A stretch of 64,000 nucleotides of DNA from Deltaproteobacteria bacterium (lineage in GTDB: Bacteria > Myxococcota > Myxococcia > Myxococcales > Anaeromyxobacteraceae): assembly GCA_037129355.1 (NCBI GenBank), contig JBAXVO010000001.1:465-64464 (forward strand), in the 5' to 3' direction. The notes under the pieces are model-generated. The model did no database searches. It was not told the DNA's origin and saw nothing but the letters and a program-made list of their open reading frames with translations. This document shows, piece by piece, positions 49,613 through 60,271 of this stretch. Position numbers and translations under genes: made by a program. Each line of letters begins with the position of its first letter. Position 1 is the stretch's first letter.

Positions 49613-49818
49613 AGCCGACGGTCAACAATCCGTGTCACGTGAACGAGGGGCCGGTGTCGGGACGGCACTGGGAAGCCGTAAGTATCCGTAGATAAACGAC
49701 TTTTGGTCTAGATCTCCGAAAATATCTGGCACCCGACCGGGCCGCGGAGGGTGAGAAGGGAATCCCGGATGGGTCATCCCCGCCCGGGTGGTCACCACCA
49801 ACCGAACGAGGCGAAAAC

Positions 49819-51201
49819 ATGAAGAAGCTCGAGACTTACCCGGTCTGGGTCCTCTCCGCGCTCCTCGTCGCCGGGCCAGCAAGCGCCCAGGGGACGAAGC
49901 TCGCCGACCCGATCCCGACCTCCATTCCTGGCAGCGCCATCACCGTCGGGCTGGAGCAGGTAGCGGACGGACTGCTCGCGCCCACCGCGGCGGCCGTCGC
50001 GCCGGGCCACCGACGACACCTCTTCGTCGCCGATCAGAACGGACAGATCTGGGACGTCGACCTCGGCCGGGGAGGCAAGCGCCTCTTCGCCGATCTCTCC
50101 TCCCGCCTCGTCCGGCTCGGTGTCTTCCGGGGCTACGACGAGCGCGGGCTGCTCGGCATCGCCTTCCACCCGGAGTTCGAGGAGAACGGGCTCCTCTACA
50201 CCTTCACCTCGGAGCCGGTGGCCGGGCCGGCCGACTTCTCGACCCTCCCGCCGGGCGTCGCGGCCAACTGCCAGAGCGTGGTGACCGAGTGGGCCGTCCG
50301 GGACCCGGAGGCGAGGGACCTGGTGCTCGACCCCGCCAGCGCGCGGGAGGTGCTCCGCATCGACAAGCCCCAGTTCAACCACAACGGCGGAACCCTGGTC
50401 TTCGGGCGGGACGAGATGCTCTACGTGTCGGTCGGAGACGGCGGCGCCGCCAACGACGTCGGGCCCGGCCACGCCCCCGGCGGGAACGGCCAGAGCCTCG
50501 CCGCGGGCAACGTGCTCGGCAAGATCCTGCGGATCGACCCGCTCGGGAGGGACTCCAGGAACGGCAGGTACGGCATCCCGGAGGAGAACCCCATCCTCGG
50601 CGGAGGGCTCGACGAGGTATGGGCCTGGGGGTTCCGCAATCCCTTCCGGATGTCCTTCGACCGCAAGACCGGCCGGCTCTGGGTCGCCGACGTCGGCCAG
50701 AACGACGTCGAGGAGGTCGACGTGGTCCGCTCGGGGAGGAACTACGGCTGGCCCGTGAAGGAGGGGACCTTCCTCTTCGACAGCCGGGGATTCGTGACGG
50801 CCGACAGCCCCGGTTCACCGGCCGGGCTGATCGACCCGGTGGCCCAGTACGACCACGCGACCCCCGTGGCGAGCGTGAAGGAAGGAAGCGCGGCGGTCGG
50901 CGGCTTCGTCTACCGGGGCAAGGCCGTCCACGAGCTCCGGGGGCGCTACGTCTTCGGCGACTACTCGCGGGTCTTCGCGGCGCCCCAGGGGAGGCTCTTC
51001 GTGCTCGCCGACGGGCCGTGCGGTGGGACGAGCCAGTGCGTGACCGAGCTGGGCGTCGCCGGAGGCACCACCCTCGGCTGGGCGGTGCTGGGGTTCGCCG
51101 AGGACGCCGAGGGCGAGATCTACCTCCTGGCCAACCGGTCGGGGGTCACCGTGAACACGACCGCGTCCGGGGCGGTGCTCCGGATCACGCGAGCGAGGTG
51201 A
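49819..51201 (+). CDS. PQQ-dependent sugar dehydrogenase (soluble glucose/sorbosone dehydrogenase, beta-propeller)
   Basis: Signal peptide. Motifs ERGLLGIAFHP, FNHNGGTLVFG, GLRNPFR-like WGFRNPFRMSFD, NYGWP. Confidence 0.85.
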   Translation: MKKLETYPVWVLSALLVAGPASAQGTKLADPIPTSIPGSAITVGLEQVADGLLAPTAAAVAPGHRRHLFVADQNGQIWDVDLGRGGKRLFADLSSRLVRLGVFRGYDERGLLGIAFHPEFEENGLLYTFTSEPVAGPADFSTLPPGVAANCQSVVTEWAVRDPEARDLVLDPASAREVLRIDKPQFNHNGGTLVFGRDEMLYVSVGDGGAANDVGPGHAPGGNGQSLAAGNVLGKILRIDPLGRDSRNGRYGIPEENPILGGGLDEVWAWGFRNPFRMSFDRKTGRLWVADVGQNDVEEVDVVRSGRNYGWPVKEGTFLFDSRGFVTADSPGSPAGLIDPVAQYDHATPVASVKEGSAAVGGFVYRGKAVHELRGRYVFGDYSRVFAAPQGRLFVLADGPCGGTSQCVTELGVAGGTTLGWAVLGFAEDAEGEIYLLANRSGVTVNTTASGAVLRITRAR

Positions 51202-51301
51202 CGAGGCGAAACCAGATGGCACGCCAGGGCCACCTGGGGTGTCTCACCCGATAGAGGGACAACCCTCGCAGATCCGCGCGCCCCGAAACGGGCGACGGTC
51301 G

Positions 51302-51361
51302 CCAGGAGCGGAGCCTCGGACGCATCCCCCCCCGCAGCGTCCCACGGGTTCCCGCTCCTGG
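51302..51361. repeat. 10-bp inverted repeat (CCAGGAGCGG ... CCGCTCCTGG) with nested GGACGC/GCGTCC stem, just downstream of glmS
   Basis: Read directly from the sequence. The arms are at 51302-51311 and 51352-51361, and the glmS stop is at 51369. Confidence 0.5.
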
Positions 51362-51368
51362 CGCAGTT

Positions 51369-53204
<1,836 letters not shown>

Positions 53205-53207
53205 GGC

Positions 53208-54638
53208 CTAGTGCCCCTTCCCGGGGGCCTTCGCGGCCGTCCGCTTCCGGGCCCAGCCGTTCTTGTTCACCTGCCGTGAACGCCCGAGGGCCAGCGCGCC
53301 GGCCGGGACGCTCTCGGTGAGCGTCGAGCCGGCGGCCACGTAGGCCCCCTTGCCGATGGTGATGGGGGCCACCAGGATGGAATCCGACCCCACGAAGACG
53401 CCGTCGCCGATGACGGTCGGGTGCTTGCGCTCGCCGTCGTAGTTGCAGGTGATCGTCCCGCAGCCCACGTTCACGCCGGCGCCGATGGTGGCATCGCCCA
53501 GGTAGCTGAGGTGGTTGGCCTTGGAGCGCTTGCCCATGGAGGTCTTCTTCAGCTCCACGAAGTTGCCGACGTGGACCCCCTCGGCGAGCGACGCCTCGGG
53601 GCGCAGGCGGGCGAACGGCCCCACCCGGCAGCCGTCGCCGATCCGGGCGCGGTCGAAGTGGCAGTAGGGGAGGATCTCGACGCCGTCCCCCACCGTGGTG
53701 TCGGAGAGGATGGCGCCCTGGCCGATGACGCAGCCCGAGCCGACCCGGGTCGCGCCGCGCAGCCGGACGCAGGGCTCGACGACGGTGTCCGGCCCCACCA
53801 CGACCCCCTCGTCGGCGTCGAAGCGCTCCGGGTCCTCGAGCGTCACGCCCGACTCCATGAGTGCCGCGGCGATGCGCCGGGTCATGGCGCGCACCGCGAG
53901 GGAGAGGTCCTCCTGGTCGTTCACCCCCTGGGCCTCGACCGGGGAGACCCGGACCGCCACGGCTCCCGGGCCGTCCGCCGCCAGCGCGACGAGGTCGGTC
54001 AGGTAGAACTCCCGCTGGGCGTTCTTGGCGTCGACGCGGGCCAGCGTCGACCAGAGGAAGCCGGAGTCGGCGACGTAGAGGCCGGCGTTCACCTCCCGGA
54101 TCTGCCGCTCCTCCGGCGTGGCGTCCTTCTCCTCGACGATCAGGGCCGGCCCCTTGCCCGGCGCGTGGACCACGCGCCCGTAGCCCTCGGGGTTCTCGAG
54201 GTCCATGGTGGCGAAGGCGAGCGACTGGGGGGAGGTGCGCGCGTCCACCACCGACGCCAGCGTGCTGGTCGTGAGCAGCGGCGTGTCGCCGGAGAGGATC
54301 ATCACCGGCCCGGAGTGTCCGCGCAGGCAGGGCTTGGCGGCGAGCACGGCGTGGGCCGTGCCGAGCTGCCGTTCCTGGCGGGCGAAGCGCAGCGGCGCGT
54401 CGGGCAGCGCGGCCCGGAGCTCCGCCTCCACCTCGTCGGCCTGGTGCCCGACCACCACCACCACCGGATCGGCGCCGGCCTCGAGGGCCCGCTTCACGGG
54501 GAAGTACACCATGGGGCGGCCACAGACCCGGTGCAGCACCTTGGCGCGCCGCGTCTTCATCCGCGTGCCCTTCCCGGCGGCGAGCACGATGGCGGCGAGC
54601 GGGGCGCTTCCCTTCCGCTTCTTCGACTTGGTCGGCAT
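53208..54638 (-). CDS. glmU: bifunctional UDP-GlcNAc pyrophosphorylase / GlcN-1-P acetyltransferase
   Basis: Real part of chimeric ORF 53208..55802, ATG 54638. LAAGKGTRMK motif and C-terminal hexapeptide repeats. 3-nt gap to glmS. Confidence 0.93.
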   Translation of the reverse strand: MPTKSKKRKGSAPLAAIVLAAGKGTRMKTRRAKVLHRVCGRPMVYFPVKRALEAGADPVVVVVGHQADEVEAELRAALPDAPLRFARQERQLGTAHAVLAAKPCLRGHSGPVMILSGDTPLLTTSTLASVVDARTSPQSLAFATMDLENPEGYGRVVHAPGKGPALIVEEKDATPEERQIREVNAGLYVADSGFLWSTLARVDAKNAQREFYLTDLVALAADGPGAVAVRVSPVEAQGVNDQEDLSLAVRAMTRRIAAALMESGVTLEDPERFDADEGVVVGPDTVVEPCVRLRGATRVGSGCVIGQGAILSDTTVGDGVEILPYCHFDRARIGDGCRVGPFARLRPEASLAEGVHVGNFVELKKTSMGKRSKANHLSYLGDATIGAGVNVGCGTITCNYDGERKHPTVIGDGVFVGSDSILVAPITIGKGAYVAAGSTLTESVPAGALALGRSRQVNKNGWARKRTAAKAPGKGH

Positions 54639-54722
54639 GGCGCCGAGGCTAGGGCGGGGAGGGGCGGGAATCAAGGACCCTGCGACGGGTACCGCCCTAC
54701 CGGGTCGTGCTACGCATGGGAG

Positions 54723-56375
54723 ATGCCCGCGCTCCTCCTCCTCCCCCTCCTCCTCGGGCACGTCGCCGTGTCCCCGCAGGGTGCCGTCGCCGCCGCCCAT
54801 CCGGCGGCCAGCCAGGCCGGGGCGGCCGTCCTCCGGGCGGGGGGCAACGCCGCCGACGCCGCGGTGGCGGCCGCCTTCGCGCTCTCCGTCGCCGAGCCGC
54901 AGAGCTCCGGCATCGGGGGTGGGGGGCTGGCGCTCGTGTACGTCGCCCGGGAGGACCGGGTCTACGCCATCGACTTCCGGGAGATGGCCCCGGCGGCCGC
55001 GACCCCGGACATGTTCCTCGTCGAAGGGAAGCCCGATCCGCGACGCTCCCGGTGCGGGGGGCTCGCGGTCGCCGTGCCCGGCGCGGTGAAGGGGTATGCC
55101 GAGATCGCCCGCCGCTTCGGGAAGAAGGGGCTCCCCGACCTGGTCGCGCCCGCGGTGAAGCTGGCCCGCGAGGGCGTCCAGGTGGGGCGCGGCTGGCGAC
55201 GCGCCGCGGTGGCCGCCCGGTCCTGCCTGCGAGAGGACCCCGCCGGCGCCGCCACGTTCCTCGTCGGGGGCGAGCCGCCCGTGCCCGGGACCCGGGTCGT
55301 GCAGAAGCACCTGGCGGCGACGCTCGGGCTCCTCGGCCGCGACCCGGAGGCCTTCTACCGGGGTCCGCTCGCGGCCCGGATCGCGGCGGCGGCGCGCGCC
55401 CGGGGCGGCGTGCTCACGGCGGCGGACCTGGCCGCCTACCGGACCCGATCGCGGGAGGTCCTGTGGGGCGAGTTCCGGGGGCACCGGGTCGCCGCCTTCC
55501 CGCCGCCCTCCGCGGGCGGCGCCATCGTCGTCGGCCTGCTCCGGGCCCTCGAGTCGCAGGACCCGAAGGACGTGGCCCGCCTTCCGGACCGCTACCTGCA
55601 CGCCTTCGTCGAGGCCGAGAGGCGGCTCTACGAGCGGCGGGGGCGCGCCCTCGCCGACCCGGACTTCGCTCCCGGCGCCGACGCGGTGGCCCGGGACATG
55701 GCCTCCCCGGCCTTCGCCGAGACCGTCCGCGCCGGCATCGGCGAGCGGGCCACGCCGTCCGCGCCGCCCGGCCCCGCGGCTCCCGCCGGCCACACCTCCC
55801 ACGTGTCGGTCGTCGACGCCGAGGGGAACGCGGTGGCGCTGACCACCACCGTGAACCTCCAGTTCGGGTCGGGCGTGGTGGTGCCGGGGACGGGCATCCT
55901 GCTCAACGACGAGATGGACGACTTCGACGCCGCTCCCGGCGCGCAGAACGCCTTCGGGCTCGAGGGCGGCGACCTCAACCTGCCGGCCCCGGGGAAGCGG
56001 CCGCTCTCATCCCTGTCGCCGACGCTGGTCTTCGGCCCGGACGGGAAGCTGCTCCTCGCCGTCGGGTCGCCGGGCGGCAGCACCATCCCGTCCACGGTGG
56101 CCTGGGCGATCCTGCGGGTCGTCGACGGGGGGATGGCGCTCGACCAGGCGCTCTCCACGCCCCGCATCCACCACCAGTGGAGGCCGGACGTGATCGTCGC
56201 CGAGCCGGGCGCGCTCCAGGACGCCACCTGGCGCGCGCTCACGGCCCGCGGTCACCGCATCGAGGAGATCGGCGCCCCCTTCGGCAACCCGCAGGCGGTC
56301 CGGATCGACCCCGCCACCGGGTGGCGCGAGGGGGCGAGCGAGCCGCGCCTCGACGGCCGGGCCGCCGTCCCCTGA
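54723..56375 (+). CDS. ggt: gamma-glutamyltransferase
   Basis: Real part of chimeric ORF 53421..56375, ATG 54723. Signal peptide. Autoprocessing site ...GHTSHVSVVD... (catalytic Thr) and GGSTIPS motif. Confidence 0.9.
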   Translation: MPALLLLPLLLGHVAVSPQGAVAAAHPAASQAGAAVLRAGGNAADAAVAAAFALSVAEPQSSGIGGGGLALVYVAREDRVYAIDFREMAPAAATPDMFLVEGKPDPRRSRCGGLAVAVPGAVKGYAEIARRFGKKGLPDLVAPAVKLAREGVQVGRGWRRAAVAARSCLREDPAGAATFLVGGEPPVPGTRVVQKHLAATLGLLGRDPEAFYRGPLAARIAAAARARGGVLTAADLAAYRTRSREVLWGEFRGHRVAAFPPPSAGGAIVVGLLRALESQDPKDVARLPDRYLHAFVEAERRLYERRGRALADPDFAPGADAVARDMASPAFAETVRAGIGERATPSAPPGPAAPAGHTSHVSVVDAEGNAVALTTTVNLQFGSGVVVPGTGILLNDEMDDFDAAPGAQNAFGLEGGDLNLPAPGKRPLSSLSPTLVFGPDGKLLLAVGSPGGSTIPSTVAWAILRVVDGGMALDQALSTPRIHHQWRPDVIVAEPGALQDATWRALTARGHRIEEIGAPFGNPQAVRIDPATGWREGASEPRLDGRAAVP

Positions 56376-57119
56376 TGGCGCGCCACCCCCGGTGCTAGGC
56401 TCGGCGCGTGCTCTTCGACGCGCACCTCCACGGGGACGTGCTCACCGCCCGCGACGTCGCCGACGTCCGCTTCTTCGGCGTGGCCGGCGCCCTCTGCCCG
56501 CTCCCGGAGCGGGGCGCCCCGGTCACCGCGGCCGGGCTCCGGCGGGACTGGGAGGCGCTCGTGGGCGCGGTGGGCCGGCTGCGAAGGGCCGGGCTCGGCG
56601 CCTACGGCGCGCTCTCGATCCCCCCGGGCCGGATCCCGACCCGGGGGACCGAGGCGCTCCTCGTCGAGCTGCCGGAGTGGCTCTCCCGGCGCGGCGTGGC
56701 CGCCATCGGCCCGATCGGACCGGGGACCGGGACGCCGCGGGAGGAGGAGATCCTGGCGCGGCAGCTGGAGATGGCGCGGGACCTCCGCGTGCCGGTGCTC
56801 CTGGTGGTGCAGGCCGGCGAAGGGGCGCGCGGGGTCCGGCGCGCCATCGCCATCCTGCGCGAGAGCGGCGTGACGCCGGGGCGCGTGCTCGTCGACGGCG
56901 CCGACGCCGCGGGCGTTCGCCTCCTCCGCGCCGTGGGCTACTGCGCCGTTCTCTCCCCGTCCCACGCGCCGGCCTCCCTCGCCGAGGTCGCGCGGCTCGT
57001 CCGCGCGCTGGGGCCGGAGGGGATCGCGCTCGCGTCCCGTGCCGGGGACGGCCTGGGGGACCTGCTCGCCCTGCCGCGTGCAGCCGACCGGATGGCCCGG
57101 CTCGGCCTGTCCGACGCGG

Positions 57120-57620
<501 letters not shown>

Positions 57621-57633
57621 GGCGCCTCCCGGA

Positions 57634-58569
57634 TCAGTGGATGCCCTGCTCGCCCAGCCAGCGCTCGGCGTCGATGGCGGCCGCGCAGCCCGACCCCGCC
57701 GCGGTGACGGCCTGGCGGTAGTTCGGGTCGGCGACGTCCCCGGCGGCGAAGACCCCCTCCCGGCTGGTCCGGGTCGAGGGCGCGTTCACGTTCAGGTAGC
57801 CGACCTCGTTCATGTCGAGCTGCCCCTTGAAGATGCCGGTGTTGGGCTCGTGCCCGATGGCCAGGAAGAAGCCCTGGACCTTGAGCTCCGAGGTGCTCCC
57901 ATCCTTCGTGCTCTTCAGCCGGAGCCCGGTCATGGCCTTGCCGTCGCCGAGGACCTCCTCGACCGCCTGGTTCCAGACGAACTCGATCTTGGGGTTCTTG
58001 CGGGCCCGCTCCTGCATCACCTTGGACGCGCGGAGCTCGTTGCGGCGGTGCACGAGGTAGACCTTGCTCGCGTACTTGGTGAGGAAGCTCGCCTCCTCGA
58101 GGGCGGTGTCGCCTCCGCCGACCACGGCGATGTCCACGCCCCGGAAGAAGAACCCGTCGCAGGTGGCGCAGGCCGACACGCCCTTGCCCTGGTAGGCCTT
58201 CTCCGACGGGATGCCCAGCCACTTGGCCGAGGCGCCGGTGGCCACGATGACCGCGTCGGCGGTGTAGGCCTCGCCCTCGCTCCAGAGCTGGAACGGCCGG
58301 GAGGAGAGGTCGACCCGGGTCACCTCGGCGGCGACGAAGAGGGTGCCGAAGCGCTCGGCCTGCCCCTTCATCCGCTCCATGAGCTCCGGACCCATCACCC
58401 CCTCGGCGAATCCCGGGTAGTTCTCCACCTCGGTGGTGATGGTCAGCTGCCCGCCGGGCTGCATCCCCTCGAGGAGGAGGGGCGCCAGGTTGGCGCGCGC
58501 CGCGTAGATTGCCGCCGTGTAGCCGGCCGGGCCAGAGCCGATGATGACCAGCCGGTGGTGCTGGGACAT
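57634..58569 (-). CDS. trxB: thioredoxin-disulfide reductase
   Basis: ATG 58569 with GGAGGA upstream. GSGPAGYTAA FAD motif, redox-active CATCDG, GGGDTALEEA NADPH motif. Confidence 0.95.
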   Translation of the reverse strand: MSQHHRLVIIGSGPAGYTAAIYAARANLAPLLLEGMQPGGQLTITTEVENYPGFAEGVMGPELMERMKGQAERFGTLFVAAEVTRVDLSSRPFQLWSEGEAYTADAVIVATGASAKWLGIPSEKAYQGKGVSACATCDGFFFRGVDIAVVGGGDTALEEASFLTKYASKVYLVHRRNELRASKVMQERARKNPKIEFVWNQAVEEVLGDGKAMTGLRLKSTKDGSTSELKVQGFFLAIGHEPNTGIFKGQLDMNEVGYLNVNAPSTRTSREGVFAAGDVADPNYRQAVTAAGSGCAAAIDAERWLGEQGIH

Positions 58570-58664
58570 GTTTCCTCCGCGTGGAATGGGCCCGATCGAT
58601 CTAGCCCGGCGGGGCCCGCTTGTCACGGGGAGGTTCGGGGCGCCCCGCGTGCTAGCATCGCCCC

Positions 58665-59147
58665 GTGCTCACCGGCGCGCTCCGCAGCTGCCCCCTCTTC
58701 GAGTCGCTCTCCGTCGACCAGCTCGCCAAGGTCGCGGAGATCTCGACCACCCGCGAGGTGCGCGCCGGGGAGAGCGTCTTCCGGGAGGGGTCGTCGGGCG
58801 ACGAGATGTACGTCGTTCTCGAGGGGACCGTCCGGATCTCGAAGGAGATCCCGGGCGCGGGGGAGGAGGCCCTCTCGCTGCTCGGCCCAGGGAGCACGTT
58901 CGGCGAGATGGCGGCCATCGACGAGGCGCCCCGGTCGGCCGACGCGGTCGCCCACGGCGACTGCACGCTGCTCGCCATCCGGCGCGAGGACCTCGACCGG
59001 CTCATGTTCCTCGACAAGGACCTGGCCTACGCGCTCCTGTGGGCCTTCGTCCGGACGCTCTCCTCGCGTCTCAGGGAGACGAGCGAGAAGCTGCGGTCCT
59101 TCTTCGCGCTGGCGGGGCCGGGCGAGGGAAGCTGGCGCCCGAAATGA
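58665..59147 (+). CDS. stand-alone cyclic-nucleotide-binding (CAP_ED) domain protein
   Basis: GTG 58665. cNMP-binding beta-roll with the FGEMAAID...RSADA phosphate-binding cassette. No output domain. Confidence 0.8.
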   Translation: MLTGALRSCPLFESLSVDQLAKVAEISTTREVRAGESVFREGSSGDEMYVVLEGTVRISKEIPGAGEEALSLLGPGSTFGEMAAIDEAPRSADAVAHGDCTLLAIRREDLDRLMFLDKDLAYALLWAFVRTLSSRLRETSEKLRSFFALAGPGEGSWRPK

Positions 59148-59203
59148 AATGCCCGAGACACTTCGGGTTCTCAGGGGGGATGAGAACCCGCCGTGCCTCG
59201 GGC
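59141..59203 (-). terminator. two-tier GC-rich hairpin followed by a U-rich tract (minus-strand orientation)
   Basis: GCCCGAG(59151-57)/CTCGGGC(59197-203) encloses GGGTTCTC(59165-72)/GAGAACCC(59182-89). On the minus strand the hairpin is followed by ATTTCATTTC. Confidence 0.4.
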
Positions 59204-59240
59204 GTGGAGGAGCCATACTGCAGCACCAGTCCAACGTATT

Positions 59241-59256
59241 TGCGCGAGACGTGCCA
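59241..59256 (-). promoter_or_regulatory. sigma54-like -24/-12 element (TGGCACGtctcGCGCA) in the tam / cNMP-gene spacer
   Basis: On the minus strand the -24 half TGGCACG is perfect, and the GC of the -12 half is at the correct 12-nt register. Confidence 0.3.
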
Positions 59257-59300
59257 GCGCCGCGACCCATCAAGTCCTTGAATTTGCTACGGTGACTCCG

Positions 59301-59330
59301 AAAATTCACCTGGGGCTGTGTGCACCCAGG
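59301..59330 (-). terminator. putative intrinsic terminator of tam
   Basis: CCTGGG(59309-14)-N10-CCCAGG(59325-30), followed on the minus strand by TGAATTTT, about 20 nt after the tam stop. Confidence 0.4.
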
Positions 59331-59350
59331 GTCGGGAAAACTACCTCCTC

Positions 59351-60136
59351 CTACCCCGAACGCCGCCCGGAGAAGAGGATGCGCTGGTACGTGTAGAGGT
59401 AGGGGCGCTCGTCCGGGAGCGCGGCGACGATGCGGCTCCGGTAGGTGTCGAGGTAGCGCTGCCAGAGGTCGGGGGGCAGCCGCTTCTCGTAGTCGGTGAG
59501 CAGGGTTCCGCGGCACCAGGCCACGACGTCGGCGGGCTCCGAGAGCTCGTGGACGTAGACCTGCAACCGCGACTCTTCCTTCACCAGGCCGAGCCGCTTG
59601 AGCTGGAGCGCGTACTCGACCGGGGTGAGCACCGACCGGTGGCGCAGGTAGCCCTGCAGGGCCGAGGCGAACGGCTCCTCGCGGGCGAGCTCGTTGGCCA
59701 GCCGGTGCGAGGCGTGGGTCTGGTTGGCGGGCACCTGAACGGCGAGCTGCCCCCCCGGCGCGAGGAGGCCGACGAGCCGCGCCAGCAGGGCCGGATGATC
59801 GGGAACCCAGTGGAGCGCGGCGTTGGACAGGACGAGATCGTAGCCCGCGCCGGTGGGGTCCTCGAAGCGGGCGATGTCGCCGAGGACGAAGGCGAGCCCG
59901 TCTCCGGCGAGCGGCGCCGCCTTCTCGAGCATGGCCGGCGAGGAGTCGATGCCCAGCGTGGAGCGCGCCCCGAGCCGCTTGTGGGCGTCGGCGGTCAACT
60001 CGCCGGTGCCGCAGCCCAGGTCGAGGACGCGCATCCCGGGCCGCTCCCGGACCATGGCGAGGAGGTCGTAGAAGGGGCGCGAGCGCTCCGCTCGGAATCG
60101 GGCGTAAAGCTCCGGTTTCCAGACGTCGGTGATCAT
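59351..60136 (-). CDS. tam: trans-aconitate 2-methyltransferase
   Basis: Real part of chimeric ORF 59351..61063, ATG 60136. W-PELYARF N-terminus typical of Tam. SAM motif VLDLGCGTG. Confidence 0.85.
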   Translation of the reverse strand: MITDVWKPELYARFRAERSRPFYDLLAMVRERPGMRVLDLGCGTGELTADAHKRLGARSTLGIDSSPAMLEKAAPLAGDGLAFVLGDIARFEDPTGAGYDLVLSNAALHWVPDHPALLARLVGLLAPGGQLAVQVPANQTHASHRLANELAREEPFASALQGYLRHRSVLTPVEYALQLKRLGLVKEESRLQVYVHELSEPADVVAWCRGTLLTDYEKRLPPDLWQRYLDTYRSRIVAALPDERPYLYTYQRILFSGRRSG

Positions 60137-60271
60137 GGCCTCTCCCGGGCGGAGGATACCACCCGGGAGGCCGTCGGGGTCGCCCGCCGCGGACCCCGGG
60201 GAATGGCATTGACCGGCCGGGGGTTGTCGAGAACAATCCCCGCCTTCCTTCAACCAATTTCCAGGAGTCCC

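Noticed and set aside
49727-49742. TGGCAC hexamer (TGGCACccgaccGGGC) upstream of the PQQ dehydrogenase gene as a sigma54 promoter
   Set aside because: The -12 position in the correct register reads GG rather than GC, and GC occurs only one nucleotide out of register. A -24 half alone is not enough.
53205-53207. glmS ribozyme or other 5' leader element in front of glmS
   Set aside because: glmS starts only 3 nt after the glmU stop, so there is no leader in which a ribozyme could sit.
59193-59396. 67-aa plus-strand ORF in the tam / cNMP-gene spacer
   Set aside because: It has no RBS, its composition is unremarkable, and it runs antisense into the 3' end of tam. The region is better explained by terminators and a possible sRNA.
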